NCBI GenBank assembly: GCA_000004985.1
Contig: GG738913.1
Direction: 5' to 3' (one strand)
Origin: Naegleria gruberi
Lineage: Eukaryota
Length of the DNA stretch: 64,000 nt
Shown here: piece by piece, positions 11,492-24,266 of the stretch
Layout of the letters: each line of letters opens with the position of its first letter
Numbering within the stretch: position 1 is the stretch's first letter
The notes under the pieces: model-generated
The model's input: only the letters and a program-made list of their open reading frames with translations
Told to the model about the DNA's origin: nothing
Database searches by the model: none
Position numbers and translations under genes: made by a program

Positions 11492-12617
11492 ATGAGCAAA
11501 CATTCAAGCTCTTCTTCATCACTTTCCCATCATTCATCAAGGAATTTATCCCATTCAAGTAGTAGTAGTAATACAAATAATAGTGGAGGGAATTCTTCTG
11601 GGACTGTAAGCTCTAAGGATGAAAATTCTAGTAGGGATGATGTTTATGATGAACAAATGACTGAAAATCCGAACGCTTATTATTGTGCCTTGATTAATAA
11701 GTGGTTGGATCAATATACAACAACAGTTCATAGAAGAGTTTCATCGATAACGGATTGTTCTCCATCACTGTTTATAATTCTATATGAATCCATTAGTAAA
11801 GACAATCCGAATACAAATCCTAAGCAATACCCTAAGTTTATTAGAGACAAGACATTAACTATATCTCAAAATCAATACAATCTGGTGGAATTAATAACAT
11901 ACCTCAAAGAAAAGTACAAACATTCATTCATATTGAGGAATATTGAAATACATAAATTAATAGATAGAGAACCCTATGAAATTATTAAATTCCTTGATTG
12001 GTTTATTCAATTAGAAAAGAAGAGAGTTCATGCCTATATTCCCCAATTGGATGATCCTTCATTCCAATCACAAGAAACACCAAAGGATGAAACCTTCTCA
12101 ATCAAACACAGAAAGAAAATGCTCAAAATTCAGAGAGATAAATTAGAGGAAGAACATAATTCATTCATTCACAAAACAATGATTAATGCACAAGCTAAGG
12201 AAGAATCTCTCATGAGACATTATTTATCACACAGTAATAGAATTGAAAAGGAAAATTTAGTTTTAACTGTAAATAGTTTAAAGAAGAAAGAACGTGATAT
12301 GCAATGTAAATTACAAGATAGAAAGGATTCTATTTCTAATTTGTAAGTTGTGTGATGATGGATTCTAATAATATTTAATCTAAAATGAAAGTTATAAGGA
12401 TCAAATGAATATTATTAGGGATAAGTTAGATTCACAAACTAAGTTAGATAAACATGTTTCAAGACAATTATTCTTGGACTTTGATAGATTACAAAGAGAA
12501 TTTTACACTCACAAACAAAAAGAATTGGAACTTAGAAGATTGAAATACATGTCAAAGAGAGAAAAGGAACAATTTCAAATTCATTCAAAGCTTAAAACCC
12601 TTCTAGATCAAAACTAA
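11492..12617 (+). CDS. Hypothetical coiled-coil protein with a Ser-rich N-terminus; two exons.
   Basis: join(11492..12342,12392..12617). The intron is 49 nt, from GTAAGT at 12343 to AAAG at 12391. The splice joins ...DSISN-FYKDQMNIIRDKL... in frame. Confidence 0.5.
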
Positions 12618-12670
12618 GCTATTTAATTCAACATTTATTAAATATTTATTTACTTTGTTTACAATAAAAA

Positions 12671-13420
12671 ATGCAACAACATGTCATTCCTTCATCACCG
12701 TTAGCCACCAGCAGTAGTAGTGGTGGTGCTAATCACACTTTTACATCTCCGAACTCAACGACACAAGTTAAAATCCATCGATTTACATTATCTTCTCTCT
12801 TGAGATGTATGATGGAGTCATCGAGTGATGTTCATGGATTATTACTCGGATCAACTTGTATTCTTGATGATTTTATAATTTTAAATAATTATTATTGGGA
12901 TAAAGAATTAAATACAATACTTGCTAACAATAAGAATATATCAATTTGTGGTTACTTTAAATTTAGACCTGACACTAATTTAAATACCATGACTATGAAC
13001 GAAATGAATTTAGTTTACAATTTGATGAGAGCATTAAATTGTGATAAATTCTTGTTTGGATTATTCGGAAATCATGCATCATCATCACCATCACTTGTAG
13101 AATATAATTATTCATTTAGAAATATTAATATAACAACATCATCAATATCTAGTCTTCCTATTAATTTATCATCTCCTCTTCGTGTAGAAATTGAAAATCT
13201 AATTAATACTAAAAATGTAAATTTCAAATATAGAACCTCATCAAAGATTCATGCCTTTACACAAACCAATGAAAAATACAAGAATGTAATTCAATCATGT
13301 CAAGCTAGTGTACAACAATTAGAAGTTTATTCAAAAGATGCTTTGGAAGAATTAATATCCCTTTCAGAACAAGTTAAAAAGACAAGATTACAAATACAGG
13401 AATTAAAAAAAGATTTCTAA
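12671..13420 (+). CDS. Abraxas/ABRO1 (FAM175)-like MPN-minus domain protein with a C-terminal coiled coil.
   Basis: VHGLLLG and CGYFKFRP...FLFGLF resemble the MPN-like core of BRISC/BRCA1-A subunits. A C-terminal heptad-repeat region is present. Confidence 0.4.
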   Translation: MQQHVIPSSPLATSSSSGGANHTFTSPNSTTQVKIHRFTLSSLLRCMMESSSDVHGLLLGSTCILDDFIILNNYYWDKELNTILANNKNISICGYFKFRPDTNLNTMTMNEMNLVYNLMRALNCDKFLFGLFGNHASSSPSLVEYNYSFRNINITTSSISSLPINLSSPLRVEIENLINTKNVNFKYRTSSKIHAFTQTNEKYKNVIQSCQASVQQLEVYSKDALEELISLSEQVKKTRLQIQELKKDF

Positions 13421-13430
13421 TACTATTGAA

Positions 13431-16400
13431 CTATTTCAATGAATTCTTATCATCACCTCTAACAAGACCAATTAATTTTGAAATTGACAAACTTCTCTTT
13501 GGTCTTGATCCAGATTTTTCATTAATTCCGACAATAGGTCCTTCAGGCTCTTCATTTTGTTCACGTTCTTCTTTTGCCTTGAATGCCTTTTCTCCTGTTA
13601 CTCTATAAACTGAAGGAGATGGAGGACGAGAGTTACCACCACTTGATGTAACTGTTGGAGTAGGATAACTAACTGTATTATGAGTGTTATTATTATTAAT
13701 TGAAGAAGAATTTGAGGAATGTGTTGCTGGTAGTGTTGGATAGAGATTACCAGTTGAGGGAACAGTGTTGAAATTTCTAGGTCTATTTCTCACTAATGCA
13801 GATTGTTGATTAACTGATTGACTGCTATTAAATGGAGGGGGCTGATTGGTTGGTTGCTGTGTAGACTGTTGACTACTAGTGAAATTATTGTTAAATGAGT
13901 TAACTGGTGGTTGTTGTTGTGTTTGTTGAGGAAGTGAGACTCTATTGTTCTGCATTGGAGATGGTGGAAGAGAACCTTGTCTTGGTTGGAAACTTCCTGT
14001 TGATTGAGGTCTTGAATAAGAAGAGGGAGGAATATTGACCATTGTTGGTGAATCCAAACCTCTTTGATTTACACTTGAACTTGGTTGAACATTTTGTGTA
14101 TTAATACTCAATCTATTTCCTGTTGTTGAATTTGGAACTGAGTATTGTGATCTTTGATTATTAATTGGAATGTTATTAGTAGTATATAGGTGTGGATTAG
14201 TTGAATTGTAAGAATTGGATTGTTGATAAGATCCAGTATTACTTGGTTGATTTGTTGCAGTAGTGGATGGATAGTATTCATATGGATTATTGTTTGAATA
14301 AGTTTTAGTTTCTTCTCTCATTCCACCAATACTATTATTAAATGGATTACTAGAATAAGTTGATGAATTACTTTGAGAAGTTACTGGTCTACTACTTGGC
14401 AACTGTTGATTCATTTGATAATTACTGGAAATTTGTTGAGAAAGAGTTGTTTGTTGATTATATTGAGGTGGTGTAACTGTTGGGGTACTAGGTCTTACAG
14501 GAGAGAATGTGTTAGAAAGCGGAGGAGGAGTCGAATAGGCAGAATTAACTGGTGTTGATCTTACTGAACTAGTAGTACTACCACTGTGAGGAGTCGAATT
14601 AAACGTTGGTGTTTTTTGAGGAGTAGCATACGAAGGAGTTGTACTCACAGGAGTGGATGGTCTAATCGGGTTTGAATTCATAACTGGTGTAGATCCAACA
14701 CTGCTTGGTGTTTTGTTTTGTAGTGGTGTTGATGCATTACTTAATGGTGGAGTACTTGTAATGGATGAAATAGTACTGGATGGTTGAACAGTTCGAGGTA
14801 CGGGTCCTGAAGAGTTTTGAGAAACTGAAGGAGCAGTATTGTTGGAAACAGTTGCAGTAGTTGAAAGAGTTGGTGATGAGGTTGGACTAATATTTGTTTG
14901 ATTGTGTGGTGGCGGTACATTCACAGCAAGTGATGACAATACAGCTGATGGTGTTTTCACGTTGGACATATTACTACTACTTGTTTGATTTGTGTTACTA
15001 CCCAATGGAATTGAAATATTATTCGCCTCAAAGAAGTTTGAAGAGTTTGAAGCATTGGGCTTTGGTGATTTTGGCAAGCTTTCTTGACCAAAGTTTACAA
15101 TAAAATGTAATTTCAATGCTTCCAATTCATTTTCCAAACTTGTAACTTTCTTTTTGAGTTCTATATTATCTCTGAAAGTATCCAAAGATTTCTTCTTTGT
15201 ACTTGAAAGTTCAATCTCTGAAATTTCAAGTTGTTGCTTGTAACTCTTCATGTCCTTCTCCAATGTATCAACAAAATGTTGTAAATAGTCTTGAGTTTTA
15301 CAATTCTCTTGAAGTTTCTTAATTTCCAAATCTCTTTCCTCCAATAGTGATGTAAGACGAGCAATTTGTTCATCAAGTTGATTCTTTTCCTTTTCTCGTA
15401 TGCTAATTTCCCTATCGAAATCCTCTTTCCACATATTGTACATAGCTGACATGTTGTCATTCAAAGTCTTAATTTGCATTTCATAATTTTCCTTTTCAGT
15501 TCTTGTTGAGCTTAACTGTTGTTGCATATTTTGCATTTCCTCCATCTTTTGTTGAATCACCTTGGACGCTTCTTCCTTTGCCATCTTCTCCTTCTGGTAT
15601 TCTCTTTCAAAGTGTTCATTTACTTGTTTGAAACTTTCAATTTGTTTGTTCTGGTCTGAAATCATTTCTTCTGCTCTTCTTCTTGAACTTTCCTCATTAA
15701 TTGTCTTTTGTTCTAAAAGTTGATTATAATTCATCAAATCGTGAATTTGAAGTTCTCTTCTCTTTGATTCTGCCTCAATATTATTCTTGCTTGAGATAAT
15801 TTCCTCCAATTGTAAACTCATACTGGCTGTTTCTTGTTGAAGTAAATAGAGAGTTTCTTCCTTGCTTTTCGATTCTTCCTCTTGCATTCTTTTTCTTTCC
15901 TCTTCAATTTGTAATAGTTCTTGAAGCTTTGCTCTTTCTTCTTCCATTTGTCTGATTCTTTCTTCGTGATCCCTTTTTTCTTTTTCAATATCTTGAAGCC
16001 TAGCTTCTAGTGATTTGTTGGTAACCATAGAATCAGTCAAGTCTGACATGATTCTTTCCAACTCCTTAACTTCTTCCTCTGTTTCTTCCTTTTCAACTTG
16101 GGTGTTACTTTGGTTGGTGAGTTTGTCTTTCAGCATGGCAAGCTCACTTTGTAAAGTTTCCAATTCAGTTTGATATTTCATAATAAGAGCATTATCACAT
16201 TCACTATTAACAGTTGGTTTGATTGAAATCTTTTGAGCATTACTTCCAAATTCTAGTGTTCTCTTCGTTTCCTTTAATTTTACTGGATCTGGTGAGATTG
16301 CACAAACGACAGCTACTCTTGCATTTCCACCAAGTGAGTCTCCAAGAATTCTTGTGAGTTTTGAATTACGGAAGGATGTAACTCTTCAATGATATTAGAT

Positions 16401-17503
16401 TCAAAGTATTTTCAAAACTTACTTTTCTCCATTTGATAATTTTGTAATAATTTCTTTAAGATGAAGTAAACTAAGGTTAATATTTTGACCTTCTCTCTTT
16501 CTATTATAATCTGCTTGTTCACTACTGTTTTCACTACCTGCCAAGTCAACCAAATTAAGATTTCCTATTCTTACAATTTGTTTAGATTTAGCTTTCTTTG
16601 CAAGTGATGATTGTAATTGTTGAGCATTATCCACTGCAAGTTCATCTTTTCTTTCTACAATCATTCTGAAAATAGTGTGTGATCTTGATGAAGCATCATT
16701 TGCTACTGTCTTGGCCACCATAATATGAGAAGTACCTCTAGAAATAATATCCATTGTTTCTTGTTCAGATCTTACAATTTCCTCAGTTAAATGATCGAAT
16801 GACAAGTTTTTCTAATAATATTAAGTTCAATATTCAATCTATTCAAAATATTATTTACATACATTCTTATCAACGAAAATATTTACATATCTTTGCTCTG
16901 GTGATAATAAATCTCTCACTTTTTCATTATAAATTTCCAAATATGAAACTCTGATAAGGAACGTTCTATTTTCTCCTTCCTTAATACACAATAATAAATA
17001 TTGCAATTATAAATTATACTTTAAATTACATACACTATTTTTGATTTGATCAAAAACATCTCGGATTGCCAATCTAATGAGACCTGGTTTATCATTGGTT
17101 CCTTTCATTCTATAGATTTAAATGTATTATTAATCAGAGATTAACAATTTTAAAATCAACCTACGTAAATGTTTTACCTGAGGCTGTTTGTCCATAGGCA
17201 AATGTAGTTACATTGTATCCCTCACAAACAGAAGGAACCATTTCCGAAAGTAATTTGTCATATATATCTTTTGTATTTGATAATTCATCAAAGACAAAAT
17301 CTACAAGAAGGTTTAAGAGAATTAGTAAATTGTTGATACCTACCAAAATTCATTGATTTTGTCAAGGTGGGATCTTGATTTTTCAATTCAATTGAATTTT
17401 CGTTAATATAGAATGGAGGTTCCTTATTTTGCATTTCAAGCAGTTCGTTTGCAATGAATGGACGACATCGGACACAAACTTTGATATTGGTTTGGTTTGT
17501 CAT
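13431..17503 (-). CDS. Kinesin-like protein with an N-terminal motor, a coiled-coil stalk and a tail of about 600 aa rich in S/T/P/N/Q; six exons.
   Basis: join(17503..17344,17300..17165,17109..17034,16979..16887,16811..16423,16383..13431). Motor motifs present: IKVCVRCRP, FAYGQTASGKTFT, VSYLEIYNEKVRDLL, SSRSHTIF, LVDLAGSE, SKLTRILGDSLGG. Introns are 39-75 nt with GTAGGT/GTATGT/GTAAAT/GTAAGT donors and TACTAAT/CTAAT branch points. Confidence 0.8.
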
Positions 17504-17678
17504 CTTCCTTATTGTTTTTGTTAGTGAATTACTGCTATTTTTTTGAAATAATTCAGTAGAAGCGCGTTTGGAACTCTCTAAACATCAAATTCTCTCTGTA
17601 ATTAGAACTCACATTTGATTAGATTGTTAGAGATATTGTTACAGAGGAATTAGAAAGTTGTCTTTTACAAAATATTTA

Positions 17679-19553
17679 TTAAGGATGGAAATGTGGTCGC
17701 CAAATGAATACACCTCCTTCTTCTCCGACACTACAAATAAATCGTCCACAAGGACTAAACTTTGCTTTTGTGATATTTCCTGCATGTCCTAAACCTTGTT
17801 GAACAATTTCACCGTTGTCATAGTGCCAAACATTGACAACCTTTTGTTTACCACCCGACACAAAGTATTGACCATCGTAATCAATATCTAGAGCATTCAT
17901 TTCATCTTCTTCGGCTTCTCTTAATTCTCTGATAGCTGTACAATCATATGCATCCCAATAGGTTACTTGCTTATCTGATCCACAAGTCAACAATTGAGAT
18001 TCGTCATTAAGATAACAAATTTGTCTGAAATAAGTTGGAGCATAAATAATGTTTGCTCTCACAAACTTGTCCAAATTCCAAACAATACAGGTGCCATCGT
18101 CGCTTGATGTCACGCATTCAGAATTGTCTCTTCTAATATGGATAGAGTTTACGGTTGCCTTGTGCTCGTTCATTGAAGCTACTAATGTTTGTGAGGATTT
18201 TGCTACTTGCCAAACTCTAACCTGACCGTCACTACCACCACTTACAATTCTCTCAGAGTCACTAGACATGGTGATAGCTGTCACACCTACCAATCTTCCT
18301 GATACCTTCTTTTGACCCAAAATCTTGTGTGCGTCATTTATGACATATAATAATTTACCACTTTGAGGACCAAAAGCTCTGATTTTTCCATCACTCCAAC
18401 CACTGATGATAGCATTACCAGTTGGACTGAAAGTGATGCAGTTACATTCCAAGTTTGGAACTTGAATTCTAAGAAGCTCCTTTGATTTAAGAACATTCCA
18501 AACTCTAATATCATTAATTGAGCATGTTGCAATAATTTCACTAGCTTCTCTTGGATAACAAACATCGTTAATTCTATGGCTATGGCAAGTAGCAATTAAT
18601 GTAGCTTCAAGTTTACCTGATCCCTTCATTGCATAAATGACAGATTGGTTTGTTCCACAAATTAATATGTTGTCACTTTCTCTAGCACAAATTGATGTCA
18701 CACCACCCATAAGAATTGTAGAGCTAATTTTAAGGAGAGTATCTTTTGCAACAACAGTGACACTACCATCGCCACCACCAATAAATATTGATTTTCCAGA
18801 TGGAGAGAAACACAAACTCTCAACACCTTGAACAATCTTTTCTTTTGGACCCATAAACTTAAAGTTTTTAGGACCTTTTAATTGAACACAAATAATATCA
18901 CCAGTTGTAGATCCCATATATGCATAACTGTCTTCATCATCAATGAGTAAGCATGAAAATATTCTTTTAACTTGTCCAAGATTGCAATCGATAAAGTCCA
19001 ATCTCTTATTAACAAAATCAATTGTATAAACTTTGCACATTTGCTTTCCAGCAACCATGAATGTGCTTCTATCGTTATGGAAAAATTGAACACAAGTTCC
19101 GAGGGCTGTTGTTGTCGTACCACAAACAGGCTTACCAGTTTGAACGTACCAAACAGTAATATTATTGTCATCTCTACCACCAACACTGACCAAAAGTTGT
19201 TCATCTTCACTAAATGAGAGGCATTCTACCTTAGCATGGTGAAGATTTAATCTATGAAGAAGTCTTCTTTCCTCGAAATCCCAAATGATAATATCGGCCT
19301 TAAATCCCATATGGGTTGTTTGTCCTGTTGCAATAAATCTACCAGTCTTTGAGATAGCCAAGCAGCTGATAGGACCATTATGACCCGAAAGAAACTCATC
19401 TACCCCAAGGTTTTCAAATTCCTTAATGACCACTGTTGAACCAAGGGGATAGATAATATGTTTTTGATTTGGATGAAGGTGTAATCCGGTATTGACTGTG
19501 CCATTAAAACCAATCACGGTATCTAAGTAAAGTGATGAAGCTTGATTCTGCAT
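17679..19553 (-). CDS. Tandem WD40 beta-propeller protein, CFAP52/WDR16-like.
   Basis: A 624-aa single ORF. The N-terminal block LDTVIGFNGTVNTGLHLHPNQKHIIYPLGSTVVI...GFKADIIIWDF matches the CFAP52 family, and the C-terminus ends where the human protein does. WD repeats run throughout. Confidence 0.6.
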   Translation of the reverse strand: MQNQASSLYLDTVIGFNGTVNTGLHLHPNQKHIIYPLGSTVVIKEFENLGVDEFLSGHNGPISCLAISKTGRFIATGQTTHMGFKADIIIWDFEERRLLHRLNLHHAKVECLSFSEDEQLLVSVGGRDDNNITVWYVQTGKPVCGTTTTALGTCVQFFHNDRSTFMVAGKQMCKVYTIDFVNKRLDFIDCNLGQVKRIFSCLLIDDEDSYAYMGSTTGDIICVQLKGPKNFKFMGPKEKIVQGVESLCFSPSGKSIFIGGGDGSVTVVAKDTLLKISSTILMGGVTSICARESDNILICGTNQSVIYAMKGSGKLEATLIATCHSHRINDVCYPREASEIIATCSINDIRVWNVLKSKELLRIQVPNLECNCITFSPTGNAIISGWSDGKIRAFGPQSGKLLYVINDAHKILGQKKVSGRLVGVTAITMSSDSERIVSGGSDGQVRVWQVAKSSQTLVASMNEHKATVNSIHIRRDNSECVTSSDDGTCIVWNLDKFVRANIIYAPTYFRQICYLNDESQLLTCGSDKQVTYWDAYDCTAIRELREAEEDEMNALDIDYDGQYFVSGGKQKVVNVWHYDNGEIVQQGLGHAGNITKAKFSPCGRFICSVGEEGGVFIWRPHFHP

Positions 19554-19659
19554 GATGATTGTATTGATAAGTTTAATTCTTCGGAACCTATCTAATGGAA
19601 CTATGTTGTTTTTTTATGAATTGTTTATTTTTCAAAACGTAAATAAAATTGGCGGCAGT

Positions 19660-19735
19660 TTATTCTGATGGCGCCAAAGCAACTTTTATTCCATCATCTT
19701 AGATCTTCTGAATGTAAGTGTTGGCGCCATTTCAA
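19660..19735. promoter_or_regulatory. Candidate E2F-like palindromic GGCGCC motifs in the promoter shared by CFAP52 (minus strand) and the Zn2Cys6 gene (plus strand).
   Basis: TGGCGCCAAA, TTGGCGGCA and TTGGCGCCATTT lie within about 70 bp, 110-180 bp upstream of the CFAP52 ATG. Confidence 0.2.
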
Positions 19736-20478
19736 AATCAAGTAAAAATGAACAATGAATTAAAGGAAGGTGATCACAGAAAAACTGAGCGGATTCATTC
19801 AACAAAATTATAATTTCAACAGAGTATGAAACGAAGCACGTATCTCAAAATACCTCTACCGAATATCACAAATGTTATTAAGCCTAACTTTAAGCATTGA
19901 ACATTTCGAATTCTATTATTTGTTGATGAATTCAAATCAACATTACTAAAACACAAACTCAAACTAAACTCTGTTCAAACTTCAGAGCTGTCCTTCTTCC
20001 TGATTGGTTGTTAGATCTCTTTTTAGGAGTTGAAATTGCTGATCGATAAAAAGAAAATTTGTTTGATCTGACTTTGGAAAGAAAATATTTTCTCCTTCCG
20101 TATCTTGATTCTTCAAGTCCAATCAAATGGAATAATTTATGAAATTGTAAACTCAGTTTAAATCTTACAAAATAATAAATAATCTCTGTTGCTGACTTTC
20201 AAGTGTCCACTATTTAGCCTTTTTTCTCTTATTGCTCCATAATAATACAAGAATCGGGTTAAGAATTGCGCAAAGAAGGCCGCAATAGCCAGTACGGGGA
20301 AAAAAATAAATGGGAAATAAAAAAATTGTATTGTTACCTACCTGAATACTGATTGCATCAGAATCATCAACCTTTGAATCCTCATCAATAGGAAGAAACA
20401 AAATCAATTAAAAACAATAGAAAAATTCTTTCCTTGGATTATTCCTTTGGATAGTGAATATTATTTGAAAATATCATC

Positions 20479-22431
20479 ATGGTAAAGGAACCAGAAAATA
20501 ATTCAATTACTTTTGAACCGGTAATTATTCAACCTCCACCAAGGAATGTTGATGAAGAAGAAGATTTATCAGACTCTGAGAGAAGAAAAAGATCAATTTC
20601 AAAGAAGGCATGCGAACATTGTAAGAAGAGCCACGCTTGTTGTGAAGGTTTGTTTTTAAAAAGCTTGTTGTAATTTATTAATTATTTCCTTCTTCCTATC
20701 ATATTGATTTATCAAAAAGACAAGAGACCATGCAAGAGATGTGCTACATTAGGATTGGAATGTTTTGATGTACCAAGTAAAAAGAGAGGAAGAAAGAGAA
20801 AATTTGTTGGAAATACTTCTACCAATGAACAATCACCAATTATCATACTCTCTAATCAACCACAACAACAAGTCATGCATATTCAACCAAAACCAGTCAT
20901 CACAACAACAAACTTGAGACCAATTGCTCCACTCAAAGAGAAGCCATCAACAAAGGCCAAGTCTCAACCAATTCTTCCACCTCCATCTCAACCAATGCAA
21001 TTTGTCAATAACTTTAAACCAATTTCACCAAAACCAATGATGCAAATGCCTTCTCAACAAGTTCAGCAACCAAAAGCAGGTGTTTGTCCATTCGGTCACA
21101 AGAGTGCTAACAACAACAAGACTAGTAGTAACAATAACAACACAACTCCAATAATACCAACTCCACAATATGCATTACCTCATCATCCACATCAAATTCC
21201 TCAACAAACCATCATCCCAGTTGGATATCAACACCCAACAATGAATCCAAATACTATTGGAAAAGTTTGTCCATTTAGTGGAAGAACCTTCTCCAATGTT
21301 CATCATGTTTTCCCTCCTTCCAACAATCACAACAATCATTCATATCAACCACCAGTTTCTTGCCCATTCCCATCTTCATCTTCTAATATCAATGCTGAGA
21401 ATATTCCTAAACGTGTTAAAACTATGGAAATACCTCCTGATAATTTGAGACTTGCTCCTTTGATGCCTCATATAGAGAATGAAACTCGTTCTTTGGAAGA
21501 AACTGATGTGAGAACAACCAAGATTGAATTATTAAGAAAATGGCTTTCTACTTCTGACATTAAACCATCTTCAAAGTTTGAAGATGGAAAGGCTTACATT
21601 ATTCACAAATTGATGACCGATGATGATGTCAATTATCAATTCTGGGCACTTTTGGATGCTTATATTTCTTTCTGCATTACTAGATTACAAAAAGGGTTAC
21701 CAATTGAAGATTCTACAAAAGTTAAACCACACAAAGAAGCTATTGATCAACTTGAAAGCTTGTATCTTTCTATTGGTGTTTCTAAATGTCCATTCCTTAT
21801 TCTTAGAAAGGAAGAAACAGAAAAGCCACTCATACCAACTCCACCAAGGTTAGAAAGATTGCCATCTATTTCTCGTTTAGCTTTACCAGGTCTGAAAACT
21901 ATTTTCAACACAGAACCAACTGCTCAATCATCTAATTTCAAATTACACAACACAGAAAGTCCTTTCACCAAATGTCCTGTCGGATATCATTCAATTTCAT
22001 CAGAAATTGAGGATATGAATCGTGCAAGTGGTTCCATGCCTCCAAGAAGTGACATTCATAAGGTTTCTACAGTCAGTGAAGATGGTAAATTCAGTGAGGC
22101 AACTGAAACCTACATCAAGGGAATCTTGAATTTATGTGGGGCTCCTATTCTTGTTTACTCTCTTGATTTTGGAGGAAGACTTTTACTTTGGAACTCAAAA
22201 GCTAATGAAACTCTTGGATATGAAACAGCTCCTTTAGGTATGCTTAAATTTGATGACCTTTTGCACATTTCTTCTGAAAATAAGACATATTTACCATCCC
22301 AAACAACACCTTCCACCTTGGCTTATAATTGCAACTTTGTGATCTCTCACGGAACAACCAAACAGCCACTCCCAATCTCAACACAAACAACAGGATTTTT
22401 GAAGGAAAGATTTTCAGTGACATCAATGTAA
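20479..22431 (+). CDS. Zn(II)2Cys6 binuclear-cluster transcription factor with a P/Q-rich middle region and a possible PAS-like C-terminal region; two exons.
   Basis: join(20479..20647,20720..22431). The spliced protein reads CEHCKKSHACCEDKRPCKRCATLGLEC, which is a canonical CX2CX6CX5CX2CX6C cluster. The 72-nt GT..AG intron splits the zinc cluster. Confidence 0.65.
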
Positions 22432-22560
22432 ATAAATTGAAAACAATAAAGTCATACTAGCATCCTCGTACTGCCATTTCAAGTAAAATAGTGTCATCCA
22501 CAAAAGCTACTTTGAACTTGTGGAACTCGTAATGACTTGTGTACTAATAAAAATTAAAAA

Positions 22561-24085
22561 AATGGCTCCATCTATTCCACAACACGATGTTTACTCAACC
22601 GGTGATAATAGCTATGGTATGTTTTATTGTAGAAAGGAGGAATATTGATATCTAAATTTGTCATTTTGTAAATTCCTATCAATTATTAATATATTACTCT
22701 GATTACAATAATAATAATATAGGACAATTATTTGGAAAACCATCAATTATTGATAACGAATTTGTCATTAATAACGGATTGAAAACTACATTAAAGAATG
22801 AAAAATTCATTACACAAATTGGTGCTGGTGATGATTTTACAGCATTCCTCACTCATGATAATTCATTATTTGTAGCTGGTTACAATGCATCAAATTTTAT
22901 TGGATTAGATATAACTGCAAGGAAGATCAAAAAGGTGCAAAATAGTAACTATAACTCATATTACAGTAGTAGTGGAACTGAATTTATTGTGGACGAACCT
23001 ACTGTAGTTAACACTAAAAAATTCAAGACTGAGACAATTACACATTTATCTTGTGGATCGAATCATATTTCTGTTGTGACAAATAGGTCAAATATTTATA
23101 TATGTGGATTGTTGGGAACTGGTTTTGTACAGCTTGGAAATGATAAATTCCCAAAGGAATATTTAAAATCAGATAATAATTTCATTTCAATGGTTGGTTC
23201 TGGATTGAATTTTTCAGTATTTGTTGTAAATTTAAGAGATGTTTATGTATTTTCCAAAGTTCCAAACGAATACTCCAATACTGGATATTGGATAGGACAG
23301 ACTGCAACTTCACAAGTGTTTTTCAAACCACAAAAAACAATGGTTTACATGAAAAAGACAGGATTTGAGGAAGATGGTATTATTGATTTGGCATGTGGAA
23401 AAAATCACTTTATTATTTTAACAGATCAGAATGAGATTTATGGGTAAGTAGTTTTTTCAATTAACATTTGTGTTAAATATATTTTCATATAACAGTATGG
23501 GCTCAAATTTTGAAGGTCAATTGGGTGAAACAGCTGAAAACAAATATGAAGATCGTTTTGTTAAAATCAAATTATTGGAACCAAGTTTGAGAATTTCATC
23601 CATTGAATGTGGAGCACTTTTCAGTGCATATATTGCAGGAAACAAATTATTTATGAGTGGATCAAATCAGTATGGACAATTGGGGCTAGGATACAAAACT
23701 AAATTTATGGGTTTTACTGAAGTTATGACAATCTATGAGGATTTTAAAATTAGTTGTGGAAGAAATCATTCCATTGTACATCTTGTAAAATCAAATCAAG
23801 TATTAGTTTCAGGTTTCAATGGTGAAGCTCAACTTGGAATTGGAACTGGACCAAATGTTAGAACATTTAAATTAATAGATATGAAATTTGACAAGAAAAT
23901 TGCTCACATTCTTTGTGGAAGGGCTTCAAGTGTAAGTTCTTTAAGTTTTATTTCTTCTAATATATTTCAAATAGATTATTGTTACTCAGTCAGGATTTAG
24001 AGAAATGGTTTTCAAACAAAAACTCTTCCAAGTTCAAAGCAATTATTGTAAATTCCTTGATATCTCTATTCGTGCACATCATTAA
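22561..24085 (+). CDS. RCC1-repeat (beta-propeller) protein; four exons.
   Basis: join(22561..22615,22723..23443,23496..23931,23975..24085). The motifs YSTGDNSYG-QLFG, GSNFEGQLGE and GSNQYGQLGLG recur. Intron donors are GTATGT/GTAAGT, and splicing maintains the frame. Confidence 0.6.
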
Positions 24086-24266
24086 TATGTATTTTCATAA
24101 TCCAATACGTACTCTATAGTAAATAAATTCATAATTTAACCGAAATTCATGTGTTGTTTCAGTTTTGATTGACTTTACAACAAACGTGAACAAGATTGCA
24201 AACGTGATCGTGAATTCTTCAAATTGCTGCAAGGTTGGTGGCAAAAGGACTTTTAATTCAAAAAAA

